Assembly (NCBI RefSeq): GCF_000181795.1
Contig: NW_003526944.1
Location: forward strand, 3,931,659-3,951,658
Source: Trichinella spiralis
Taxonomy: Eukaryota
Length of the DNA: 20,000 nt
Direction of reading: 5' to 3'
Positions 1 through 11,613 of this stretch are shown here, piece after piece (position 1 is the first letter of the stretch; every line of letters begins with the position of its first letter). The translations under genes were made by a program, and so were the position numbers. The notes under the pieces were generated by a model, which made no database searches, was not told the DNA's origin, and saw only the letters and a list, made by a program, of their open reading frames with translations.

Positions 1-269
1 TATCTGTTCACCTGATAATATTCATGTAAATGGCATAACACATAACCATATAATTATTGTATCACTTACTTCCTTTCAAGATGGAGATGAATTTAAGCAT
101 GTAAGAATTGTGAATGGCTTTCTTTTGAAGGTTCCAGTAGTGGCTATATTAATGTGGTGCTTGTGTGTCTGCAGCTGCTATAAGAAACAGAAGTAATATA
201 AGGATAGCAATATTTCAATGGTCGTAATAAAAGCGGAAAAATAAATTTATTAGTATATTAGGCAAATAA

Positions 270-480
270 GGCATACAATATCTGCACATTGTCGAATATC
301 ACTTATCACTTAATTATAGATACATACAAGAGTGTGATTACATTTGCGCACCTCTTGTTATAGTGAGAAACTAAATAATTGACCACGAAGGTGATATTCT
401 GAAATATAGCATGATGGTATGTAAAGTTGCCTTCAGGAAAACAACCTAAGTTTTGATGAGTAAGAGCGTAATAGCATAAA
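270..480 (+). repeat. Diverged repeat family A, copy 1 (most decayed; boundaries approximate)
   Basis: TTATCACTTAATTATAGAT resembles TTACCACTTAACTATTGAT (~4002). TGACCACGAAGGTGATATTCTGAAAT resembles TGACCATGAAACGAACATTCTGAAAT (~5658). TTTTGATGAGTAAGAGCGTAAT resembles TTTTGATCAGTTTAAGCGTAAT (~4178). Confidence 0.65.
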
Positions 481-1167
481 TTAAAAGTGTACTTTTATTA
501 ATTGTTGTTGTTATAATGAACATTCTTTTGCTTGAAGGCATCAAGGTGATGAACAATGCAAATAGTATGAAAATTTATTTCATCAAGCCCAATTAGTATA
601 TTAGAATTAATGGTTCAAGTGGTATATTAGTATATTCAATAAAATGTGAAAAAAATTGAAATTGTTAATTGTGATACTGCACACCATGCATAATATTTTA
701 TGTTACCATCATATATTTAGGCGGATAATAAATAACTTTAAAAGAAAAGAGGAAGAACTAGTTGAGTAAATCATTGCTTAAATGTTGCACGGTACGCTAT
801 GATAAAATAAATTCAATGAAGTAAAAACGTTGAAGTTCGACGATACAGAAGAAGCATCAGTTATGTTGGAAATCAGAGAAAGGGGTCCACGAGTTACGTG
901 ACCATTATTAATACGGTGATGAGGTCTCAGTAACTTACCATAGGAAAGCAGATGAGCTGGCTAGTTCATCTACAGAGGCTGCACAGAATTACTGATACAG
1001 GTACATTGGATACGCTATTGGTAAAAATGATGAATAATGGATTGGGCAGTGGCAGGATTCACCAATTATTCAGCAAGTTTCTCATGGATTCTTTAGTACA
1101 TTCATATTGCACCATATTGTTCACCCACAAATTGTGATTAACAGATTGTTTGATGTCATCCATATAT

Positions 1168-1525
1168 GAACAGAACAGAAGCTCAGTAATAAAGCATCAG
1201 TTACTTTAAAACTGAAGATGGTATTGAGGAGAAGAGCTCAACGCGCTTCTTGACTGCTGCTCTACACACTGATTAACTAAATAACTATAAGGATGACATT
1301 CTTCAAATTGGTTCAGGGTAAAGTCGAAGAAATTAGAACAGTTAGTTTTCCCTAGGTTAAGTCAACGCACTTTTAATTCTAATAGTGGAATGACATCATC
1401 ACAATCGAAAATAAAAAACTAATTATAAAACTTATTACGTTTGTATTCAACCTTCGTGTAATATCATACAATGCAGATGAATTTACTTTTGAGTGTTGAT
1501 TCGAACGCCTGTTGATCTTTATGAA
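1168..1525 (+). repeat. Diverged repeat family A, copy 2
   Basis: Exact CGCGCTTCTTGAC at 1242 and 4043, followed by collinear CACAC.GATTA, AATAACTAT.A.GATGACATT, ACTAATT, TTTGAGT and TTGATCTT matches with copy 3. Confidence 0.8.
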
Positions 1526-1643
1526 TGTAAACAAAGGAAAATCAGATTGAACAAACATGTAAAATATTGCACCAAGCTACTGCTACCAAGCTATAAGGCA
1601 ATGAATGTACTACATATTTGGGAAAGCTTTGATGAAAAATAAT

Positions 1644-1792
1644 CACCCAATCATTGAACAGAGTTAAGTAGCTAATCAAATATGACTAGTCACTCGTCCA
1701 ATTGCTGATCAAAACTGAGTAACTAATAAAATTGCACATTTCATAAGCCAATTACTGACGAACACCGTACAACCTATCAACGAACAGCCAAT
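1644..1792 (+). repeat. Degenerate tandem array, ~50-bp unit built from ~25-bp halves
   Basis: CCAAT/CTAAT/CCTAT cores at 1647, 1672, 1698, 1723, 1748 and 1773 (spacing 25-26). Alternate units read CCAATCATTGA, CCAATTGCTGA, CCAATTACTGA. Confidence 0.6.
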
Positions 1793-2113
1793 CACAAAAT
1801 TGAGGGAAAATTTTTGCAAGCCAACTATAAAAAAAAACAAGTTTGATGCCGAAATCAACCTTTTAATAAACCTATACTATATAAGGAACCAGTAAAGGAT
1901 GAAAATGTCGCTGAAATTGCAATAAAAGTGAATTAATACAACTGAAATCAGTGATTCAAACAACTCTATGCATAAGTGATCAATGAAATCATTTCTAATG
2001 ATCGTATAAATTTCTGAATTGCTAAATTTAATTCAAAAATAGCATATCAAACAAAAAAAAGCATTAAGTTTCATAAATAAATGAAATGAAAGCTCAAAAA
2101 TGTGCATTGTTCA

Positions 2114-2182
2114 CCCGGGTCAAAATCGACCGGGCTTTGGTCAGCGGAGAGACAAAAAATACTTTGCTCATCCGAAGGTTAA
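2114..2182. mobile_element. piggyBac-type DNA transposon/MITE terminus (one end only)
   Basis: The minus strand reads TTAA-CCTTCGGATGAGCAAAG, then a subterminal echo TCTCCGCTGACCAAAG, then the imperfect palindrome CCCGGTCGATTTTGACCCGGG (2114-2134). This layout resembles piggyBac-like ends. Homology to the paralogous block at 3435 begins exactly at the TTAA (2179-2182). No partner end and no transposase were seen. Confidence 0.6.
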
Positions 2183-2500
2183 GATAAGTGCAATTCGCTA
2201 ACTTTAGAGGCCATTTATTCCACAACTATCAGACAGTTTCCGCTGAAACTCAACATAACACTATCATTCGTCATTGTAAACATCTAACATTCAAAAAAAG
2301 TATAAATTGTAGCTAAAACTTTTTGGACATTTTTCGCAAAACAGCGATGGCAAAAAATGCAGTATTAGTGGGAATAAAAAAACAGAAATAAAATAAGCAG
2401 AATAAATGAATATGCAAGAAAAATAATTTTACGAAAATTTACGGGAAAGGTTTAAAGAATTGAGCGAAGAGAAGTTATTCTTCAAATAAGATTTGTTCCT
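2179..2500 (+). repeat. Diverged duplicated block B, copy 1
   Basis: Collinear with 3435-3760. Shared anchors: TTTAGAGGCCATTTATTCCA (2203/3459), ATTTTTCGCAAAACAGC, ATATGCAAG, AATTGAGCGAA, TTGTTCCT. Confidence 0.9.
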
Positions 2501-3434
2501 GACTTCTTTTTATCGCCTACAGCATCGTTAAACTAAAAATTTTTTAAACGTATTTCCTTTGATTAATTGCGCTTCAAAAGCGATAATTAGTCAAACTGAA
2601 GAGGTGGGAACACAAATTTATTGCAATATTAGATTTATTTTTTTCACAACCGTTAAACTTTGAAACCAGTTGTTTTATCAAATTTCTCAAAAAATAACCG
2701 ATTGCATATTATTCAGAATTTATGATCTATTATCCCACACAGTGTTGCTTTCAATTATCACAAGTGCAGGGAATACTTTGCTGCACTTTTCAAGCAACAT
2801 TTCATTACATTTACTGAACATTAAAGTGAATATCTCAAACGTTTGGGAAAAGTACCATGAATGCAGACTATTAGTTGTGATGAATTCTTAATTTATTTAC
2901 GTTTATTAGAATTTTATCGCAAACTCCGACATTAAAAGCACATTTTCACATGTGGCATAAAACAACAGCTGAAAAGCGAAATAGAATTCAAAAAAGGACA
3001 TGTTTGATATCAGTAAGAAGCTAATTGAATAATACAAATGATGAACTACATGTCAGTAAATGAAATGATAATTTTTTGAACAAATATACGCATGCAAGGC
3101 GTACGTTATGACATTCAGGTATTAATCCTTGTTGAAGGAAAATAATGTTGAAAATTCATTTCAATCAAGCATTCTAAAAAGATAAAATAATAGAAAATAA
3201 TTAAATTGAACGATTTATTTCCATTTCAGCATGTTCTGAAACAGCTTACAAAAAATAAATCAAAACAGACTGAAAATGACGGAAAAATGGATTGCTCAAA
3301 CAAGTAAAAAATTGTACAAGGCAGCTCAGTATGAATGTATAGCTTACCCAAATGTCAGAAATGTTACGTTCCCTAACAATCACACATCCAAGTTCCATTT
3401 CGAGGAAGTTACCGATGGGCAACTTTACCAGGTT

Positions 3435-3760
3435 TTAAGTTAGGCGCAATGCGCAAAATTTAGAGGCCATTTATTCCAAAACTGCTGGACAGTTTCTGCT
3501 ACAATTCTCCGCAACATCATCATTTATCATTGTGAACAACCACTATTCAAAAAAAAGTAGAAATTTCGGCAAAACATTTTTGGCTATTTTTCGCAAAACA
3601 GCAATGACTTCAAAATGGGATATTGGCGGGAATGAAAGAAAAAGAAATATAATATAACTAATATACAGATATGCAAGGAAAATGATTTTGGGAAGATTTA
3701 CCTCAAATGTTTAATAAATTGAGCGAATAACGTTTCTTGTTTAAATAAATGTTGTTCCTA
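3435..3760 (+). repeat. Diverged duplicated block B, copy 2
   Basis: Collinear with 2179-2500, using the same anchors. Confidence 0.9.
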
Positions 3761-3892
3761 TAATTAATAATAATATTTCTTGCATAAACCCCATTTTCTG
3801 AAATGAGATTTCAACTAATTTCCTACATAGTGCAACGAGGCGTTCATATATATGGATAGTTCATTGTATAAAAATTATTATATATACGGCAG

Positions 3893-4360
3893 TGAAGCTG
3901 ATCTGAAGGTTAGTCACCGAAATTGAAATTCATTAATTTGCAACTATCATATTGTCTGTAGTGACACATACAATGAACGTTAGTACAATAGTAAAACTGA
4001 TTTACCACTTAACTATTGATGATATCGAAGAGGAAACTGTATCGCGCTTCTTGACCGGTGTTTTTCACACAGATTACTATGAAGACTATGAATAACTATG
4101 AAGATGACATTTTGAAAAGTAGGTCAAGTTTAAGGAATTAAAATAATATGATCTTGCCTTTGGTGATGTAAATTCATTTTTGATCAGTTTAAGCGTAATG
4201 GTAAAGTTATGGAAAGTAATGAAACGTTATGGCAAAGTTTACTAATTGTTAAAAGTTATTATGATTTCATTGAAGTTTAATAATGTATTGTATGTAGAAA
4301 GTAGAGCAATTTTCCTTTGAGTCATGAATGCTCATTAGAAACTTCTTGATCTTCGTTAAT
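3893..4360 (+). repeat. Diverged repeat family A, copy 3
   Basis: Exact 18-mer AGCTGATCTGAAGGTTAG at 3896 and 5444. GAACGTTAG is shared with copy 4 and CGCGCTTCTTGAC with copy 2. Confidence 0.8.
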
Positions 4361-5440
4361 CAAAATACCTTTCCATTTTTGTTGTGTTATTGTAATTTAA
4401 ATGAATGTTTATGCATAACTAACTGCTTATGGATTTGTTAGTAATTTTGATTCAAGCTGAATTGCCGCCTTTTAATGAATAGCACTTGCTCATCTGATTA
4501 TCAGTCACAGCTGAACTCTGAATATGCTATTGATCTGAAATGTTGCAAGGTTATTTTACTGCAAATTAGCAAGCACATAATAAAAAGATTTTTCCCCAAA
4601 ACTGATCTATTTAAAATGCATTCAAAAATAGAGTACCCAACTGTTATCCTTGTCGCTACAGCTGAGTCGTTCAGAAAAGCAGTGCACATTAAATAATCAA
4701 TAATTCATAAATAACTTTGAAAATACGTTTCAATAAGTTTAAACAACTAATGATGATACAGAATATATGCGTGAAAATTACGTGCAAAGTAGATTGATTA
4801 TTTTGTTATTATTCTGTAAAACAGAACTTTCTATTTTCCCGGCAATTGAATTGTCCCTGAAATTACATTTTTCATACAGCATTCAATGCTTCATCATTAG
4901 CCGTATCTTCGTAGTGCAGACTGATTTGCATACAAATTTCATAAAGTGAAAATTTGTATATTTCTTACAATCATGCAAATAAATCAACCACATTTTTGTC
5001 GTTAGTATTTCTTTCTGATGGCGCATTTGTTCAGATATTGTTCATGTGGATGGCAAAGAAGCTATTTGAATTCAGATAATAAAGATGGAAATATTTGAAA
5101 GAGTTTGATAAGCGTGTATGGCAGATAATTTTAATAAATAGAAATTTTCTCACTAAAAATTCTTTCTAATAATATTGCTGCTGATCTGTTTATGCATTAC
5201 AGCAATTCTGACAATTTTGAAAACTTTTATTTAAGCAATTTCATTGAATAATAATTAATAACGGTTTACAAATACCATATATTCAAAATGATCAGTTTTG
5301 ATAACAAAGTTGAAACAATGTTGCTGTTTGAAATGCTTTTACAAATCTCAAGATTGCTAAATTGGAGTTTTAGCAAATTTCTCAGCAACCAAAATGAAAT
5401 ATATATCAATATGATACGCAATTTCCCATCGAAGCATCGA

Positions 5441-5800
5441 CTGAGCTGATCTGAAGGTTAGCTAAAGGAAATGAAATAAATATATGTTAGTTGTCCACAG
5501 ACATATAGCTGAAGTCCTGCAAACATACTATGCTTGCACAGAACGTTAGCTCAGCTATAAAAAAAGAAATTACCTTCAATGATCGATGATATTAAAGAGT
5601 AGAATTGAACGCGTTGCTTGTCTAGTGATCATCACATTGATCTACTGAACAGCTAACTGACCATGAAACGAACATTCTGAAATGTTGCATTAGAAAGAGT
5701 AAGTGAATTACGCAAACAGCACATCTTGGTAGAATTATCAATTGGCAAACATTATCTTTGGTAGAATTAACAACATCCTGATCTGTAACAGCGTAATGTT
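5441..5800 (+). repeat. Diverged repeat family A, copy 4
   Basis: AGCTGATCTGAAGGTTAG, GAACGTTAG, GATGATAT, ACGCG.T.CTTG, ATTCTGAAAT and AGCGTAATG occur in the same order as in the other copies. Confidence 0.75.
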
Positions 5801-6694
5801 TTTTAAATGTCTAATGAACAGCTTGGACTTTATAATTATTCCGGACCGTTTTCCACATGTCCATCTATTATTGTTCGACTCTTAATTCGCAATGCAGATC
5901 TAAAAAAATTCAAATAAATCTTATGCAGTGATGCATTAATTACAGAGAAATTCCTTTTCATCGCAGTTTCTCTTTTTTTAAACTTCTTGAATTATTTAAA
6001 TTGAACATAATTTGAACTGCAGGTTAGGCAAATGCCGACAAGAAATGACGTAAAATATGTTTTTTAATATAATCAAATAAAACGCTTTAAGTAAATGAAA
6101 AATATCTTTATTATTTTAACGTGTTATTTTCCTACTTTATTATTATTAATGTTATTGAAAAGAATAATTTGAAAGCATATCAAAACTGTATGCTTTTAAT
6201 GAAGCGCAAGTAACATTGGTATAAATTTAAAAGATGTTTTTCGAAAATTTAATGCTGAAATTTTTTAATTGAAAAATTATAAATAAGAAGTCAAATTAAT
6301 CATTTCCTGATACCTTCGTGAGATAAATAAATCTACAATTAAAATCTTCCACTGACTAACTAATGTCATTGATCTTATTTGTGTGTCTTTGTTAATATGT
6401 TTTACATTTGCACTGTTTGTGAGCTGCTTTAATCTGATCAGGAGAATGTCAAAATGTTTCCTTTTTTAAATATTTATGCCTGTAGTTTATTAATTAATTT
6501 AATTAATCAAAATTAATTTTTAACGCTGCTTAATTAATTTGCTGCATTAATTGTTTGAGTATTCTCAATTTTTTGATATTTCAAAATCATGTTGAAGTTG
6601 TCCGTATTTATTGTAGCGTTAGACGTAATAAAAGTTTGAAATATTGGATTATCTGCATTCATACAGTGTCAATTGATGTTCACACATTCCCCAG

Positions 6695-7119
6695 TGTAAA
6701 GTTCACCAAATCACGAAATCCTCCTCATCTTCACGGTATCAGGAAAAATGCTGCCAACCACCCCTCTCCTGAACTTTGCGCGAAACACCCCTCAATTAAA
6801 ATACAAGAGAAAATTCAAAAGAACTTCCCCCACTCAATTGGCCATGCAAAACGCAACATCTCCCTTTATCTGAAAGCTGTGGAAAAAACTATGTCCCCAC
6901 GCTTCCAAGGTGGGAGAAACAACAAAGTCTCAACCACCTCTTCCGCGAGATAAGCATAGACTTTCCTCGCTTCAGGATCCAGAACCCTGTGTTCTGCCTG
7001 CCCAAACAGCAAGGAAAGAGTTCACTCTCCCTTGTCTAAGAGAAGGGAGCTTCACGCTACAACGTGGGGCCCAATTTCATCTCTCTATTCTCTCCCTGCA
7101 TTAAATATTTCAAGTCCCA
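6695..7119 (+). mobile_element. Possible solo LTR or other inserted repeat fragment
   Basis: Abrupt C-rich island in very AT-rich flanks. It has TG...CA ends, a CT-rich tract followed by ATTAAA (7100-7105) near the 3' end, and imperfect 6-bp flanks CCCCAG (6689-6694) and CTCCAG (7120-7125). There is no clear terminal inverted repeat. Confidence 0.3.
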
Positions 7120-8338
7120 CTCCAGGCATGTTTGCCATTTTGCAGAACTAATTTATGGCAGACTTCAGCTGTGTCATTTTTATTACATTGCATATTTATT
7201 ACTTTTTTCAAAAACTTTTTATTAATAAAGAATTATTTTTTTGCATTGCTCTTAGTTTGCATTAACAATGCACAAACCTTTCTCTATTCCATTCTATTCA
7301 CTTACATTGAAAAATTAAGCTCAATATCAATTTCTAATTGCATTGCTAAGTGATTACGACATTAAAATAAAAGAACTGCCACTTACTGACAAAAAAGTCG
7401 TCTTCTCATTGTTGATGTTCATGCTCTTTCGAAGTTGATTGAAAAATTATTTTTCAGAAATTATTCCAAAATATAATAATGAATAAAAAATCAAATCTAG
7501 TGCTTGTCGTTCAATGTTGATGTTATTCAGTTAATTTTCCAATTAAAGCGCACTGCTCTCATCCACAGACGATGTCAAACTAAAATTATATCCAACATGT
7601 CAATGAAACAAATCAACCCACTCGCATGCAAATTTTTATTTTATTCATTTCTGTTGATAAATATCACAAGTGCACGTTTTTTATTGCGCTTTATTTACTT
7701 CACTAGTGCACTCTGATTTATCTGTAGCCGTTATAAATTATCAAAGCATTTCTTTGTCACTATATTAGCAACGATGAAATGTGAATTTCTTCAAACAATT
7801 AAACTGACAGTATAAAACTGAGAATTATGGTTTGAATTTCTTTTCAAATTCCAAACATATTAAAATAAAAAATATTTAAAAGCATAAATGTACATGCATT
7901 TATTTCAAAAAATCACTAAAATGTATTTTAAGATGAAATCTTTACCTTGACGTAATTTCTTTCACTTGTACTTTTGTTACGCAGCGCAACAGTTTATAGA
8001 AGACAATTAGTAAGGACAAATATGATCTATTAATGGATACATTTGCTCTAATTGGTCTGTTTACTTTGTACTTTTCTGTTGATGGTTTGGCAATCAACAT
8101 TTTGCATATTACGGTATTTTTAATTATAAATTACCTTTTCATAATTTCAGTTTTATGATATATTTTGACTTTACCTTAAGGTACATTTTCTCTATTTCTT
8201 ATTTTAGGTGTTTGCTTCCTTATCTATTGCTTCGATTCTTTGTTCCTGTACAATTATGAATATAATTCAATCCTAAAACTGATACCCTTAGAATCTGAAC
8301 ATAACAATATGTTTTTCATTGCTTAGTTGTGAGATTGC

Positions 8339-8374
8339 ATATATATATGTGTGTGTGTGCGTGTGCGTGTGTAT
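8339..8374. repeat. Compound (AT)n(GT)n microsatellite
   Basis: ATATATATATGTGTGTGTGTGCGTGTGCGTGTGTAT. Confidence 0.9.
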
Positions 8375-8798
8375 GCGCATTGTTCGATTGATTGCTAACT
8401 AATACAACATCACTGTTTTGTGAAAGCAGTTGATTGAAAGAGAACAAATATGAAATTTAATTATGCTCAATTTTTCCTTTGTATGCCTACTTTTCTTTTT
8501 GACTAGTAGTTATACAGTAAGAAAAGTTTTATTCAACTCTTACACATAATATTTTCAATAATATGACCGGGGGTGGTTTTGGAATATTCAACTCGTTTGT
8601 AATATGTAAAAAATTGGCATAATATCAAGCTGCAGCATCGACTTAAGAAAATGGACTTTTTTATGCATTTATGATATGAATTCAGTTGCATGGTTGCACA
8701 GAGAAGTTCAGTTTTTCGTTGCTGTTTGCAATGATATTAATTTGTCACCGGAAATTATATTAGCATTATTATTGAGTGATCGGAGAAAAAGAAAGAAT

Positions 8799-11613
8799 TT
8801 ATGACATTTTCAAAGGAACCATTTGGAATGCCGGTTCATCCAGTGCAGGTTTGTCACTTTCTGTTGCACAACTTTCTTCGTCGTAGATGTCACTTTCTGG
8901 AAAGGGAAAGTTTGCCTCTTTGTAATAAGTGAACATGACGACAATGATGGCAGCAAGTTGAAAACCAGCATTGCCGGAATGATATTTGAAACGAAATTCT
9001 TGATTATCATAAAGCAGGCAGTTGCCTTTTTGACGACAAGAGGACGGTGAATGCCAGGCAACGCAACTTGAATCGATGATCATACCAAAAATAATTGGAC
9101 TGGGAATAAATCCTGTAGGGTTTAAAGTTCAGAAATTCGTAAAAGTTCAATATTGAAATTTTTCCTTTTACCCAAAACGTTTGTGAGAAATGACGCGAAA
9201 CTGAGTGCTAGCGATCGTTCTTGCAACTCTACTGACCTTAACGTTTTGTAATATATAATTAATCAAATATACGGAACACCAACAGCTAAACAGACAAACC
9301 TCAGTACAACGGTCATTGTTGTCATGAAAAACAAATTTCCAATAAACAGACCCACAAACATCGTTGTGATGTACAAAGACATGGCAGTGCAATCGCTGGG
9401 ACAGACTCCATCTTCGGTCATTTCACCGTGAGCTGCACACTGACAGTTCATCCACTGGAAGTTTTGGAAAAAAGAGCAATAATTCACTTTAAAAGTCAGA
9501 GTTATATAAAGTCAATTTCAAAAATATATACGGTTTTATTTTCCGCTTGAAAACGACATCCCGCGTAACAGGGTGAATAATATGTCCACTGGCCATCACA
9601 GACTGGCTTGAATTGATGATCAAGCGAACAGTGACAATTTTGGCTACATTCCGTAGTAAAATTCCACCTGAAATTACAGTTTACAAATCAAATCAAACCA
9701 TTAATAAAAAATGTTCGGCAGCAACAACATGTAGCTTCTGTTTCTGAATTGAATTACATTACTTTAGTTAGATTGATTTTCTTGTTGTTCAATGATCAAT
9801 TCAATTAGTTTTAATATTTTAAAATTTAAAATAAAAATATTCGCTTTCAATTCAGTCTGCTATTAATGAAAATATGATTGCTTGTTGGAGGTTTGTTTTG
9901 GAAATTTAGTTTAAAGTGAATTTGTACAACGTGCAGAAGAAGATATGATCACCGTCCGTTGCCTTGTTCCATGCCTTTGAAGGTAACCTGATCACAGCCA
10001 AATGCTATTCCAAGCAGATAAGTAAAAAATATGATTGCCCAAGTGATGATCAGAAGCAGAGTGGCAAAGCGCGGCTGTATGTTGAAACGGGACAACAAAT
10101 AACCGCCGAGGGCTGTACTGAAGGCTACTGAGCCAATTGAGATCAATCCTGAAGAGGAAAGAAAGAGAGAGAGAAAGAGAGATTGCAAACAGAAAAGACT
10201 GTTCTCACAATATGCAGCATGCACAAAGAAAAGATGCTCTGCCGTTGAATGATTTGAATTTGTAAAATCAGTGCAAACCTGAATAGATGTCTGCCATTGA
10301 TGCAGTCTGACTGAACTGAGTTTCGATGAATTTCGGCAAGTAGGTTCCATAGCCACCGATGAGGTACGAGCCGAAAATCCATCCCAATGCCATGCTTGTG
10401 TAAACGGGATTTTTTATCAGACGATAAAGTGCTTGTGGGAGAGCTGCAATTGTGACCAACCAACAATAGTTGTAAATGTTAAATTTAAATAAGTGTAGAG
10501 TGAAAAATGAAAAAAACAACAACAGAACCTTTGGCTGTTTCGACAACTTGCTTGCAACTGGTGGTCAGTGTAGCGGGTTTGGTTATTTCGGCGGAATTAT
10601 CACTGAGCGGCGTGGATGCATCGAGACCGTCAATGCGATCCATCAGACGTCTCTGAGTGCTCAGACGGTACGGAAAGAAGAACAACGGGATGCCAAATAT
10701 GATGTACAAAATACCGCAGACGACAAAACCCAGCCACCAAGCACCAATCCAAAATGGGCTGTTTCGATTAATGTCAACCGGATCTAAGAATTGAAATATT
10801 AAAATAGGAAAGAAATAAAGAACAAATATTGCGGCAAAAATTTGCAAAAATGTACCTTGCAAGTCAACATATATATTTGTACAGCCAGCGCTGAGAAGAA
10901 ATCCAAAAGCAGGACCAAATGCATACATTCCAGTCAACAGTCCTGAAAAATAGATAGACAAATAATAATAATTGCAATTATTAATAAATAATTCAATAAC
11001 CTAAATAAAAGGGTGAATCTCGATTGCTGACATTGTCGTCAATGTAAATATATGCGATTGTGTTGAACGGTGCGGCAGAGATTCCGGCCAAAAGTTGTGC
11101 AAAAGCTATGATGGCATATGCACCGTAGTGGAAGGTTTCTTCACAGCCAACGGTGGTAGATGGATTGGTCAAATTTGTGTCCAATTCATTTTCATGACAA
11201 ACCAACAAAGCAGTGGCATTGGTTGCCAAGAGTTGGTCGAAATTTGGATGAACTGTAGGACCGAAGATGAAATTGGGCAAAGCCAGCAGAAACATCGCCA
11301 AACTGCTCAGCATAACCCCAATGCCGGTTATTCTCGGCTTGTGACAGTCGGCCAAAAAATATCCCACAAACAGAACGGTCAACGTGTGACCAATGTCGTA
11401 CATGGAAAGCAGTGTCCCGGCGTGGGAGCTGCTTATCTCGAAGCGTTTTTCTATGTTCGTCAACACGCCGACAATGTAGCCCAAATAAGCGCCCTGGATT
11501 GCAATGACGACGCACATTATAAAACTGAAAAGCCGTATGTTTGTCCATTTGGAAAATTTTTCCGGAAGCATCCAGCAAAGCCAGCTTCGAGTTTTGCGTT
11601 GTCGTTTGATCAT
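8799..11613 (-). CDS. Organic anion transporting polypeptide (OATP/SLCO family), paralogue A; 9 coding exons, about 661 aa
   Basis: Hand-spliced exons: 11613-11001, 10942-10856, 10783-10529, 10443-10279, 10148-9953, 9667-9532, 9454-9300, 9236-9172, 9112-8799. All introns are GT-AG and the total is 1986 nt, in frame to TAA. OATP hallmarks: LTNIEKRFEISS, YIDDN..SPFYLG, GPAFGF, WIGAWWLGF, LPKFIETQF, Kazal-like CSQNCHC..FKPVCDG..YYSPCYAGC, and PSPIIFGMIIDSSC..W...C.LYDN..FR. The start codon is the least certain element. Confidence 0.95.

Noticed and set aside
952..1137. 61-aa ORF, and other short ORFs at 2670, 4475, 4501, 4767, 7132 and 7504, as genes
   Set aside because: They have no recognisable domains or consistent splice chain, and lie in decayed repeats or AT-rich intergenic DNA.
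1447..1460. TCAACCTTCG as the partner piggyBac end
   Set aside because: It lacks TTAA, the match stops after about 8 bp, and it lies inside repeat family A copy 2.
1644..1792. CRISPR-like array
   Set aside because: The context is eukaryotic, the cores are only about 5 bp and degenerate, the spacers are related to each other, and there are no cas genes.
2105..2180. tRNA or structured ncRNA
   Set aside because: There is no cloverleaf or T-loop motif, and a transposon terminus explains it better.
5722..5773. Local direct duplication of ATCTT(T)GGTAGAATTA, and similar ones at ~1571 and ~4076
   Set aside because: These are ordinary slippage duplications in decaying sequence.
6488..6552. Cluster of TTAATTAA palindromes
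   Set aside because: Expected from low-complexity AT-rich composition.
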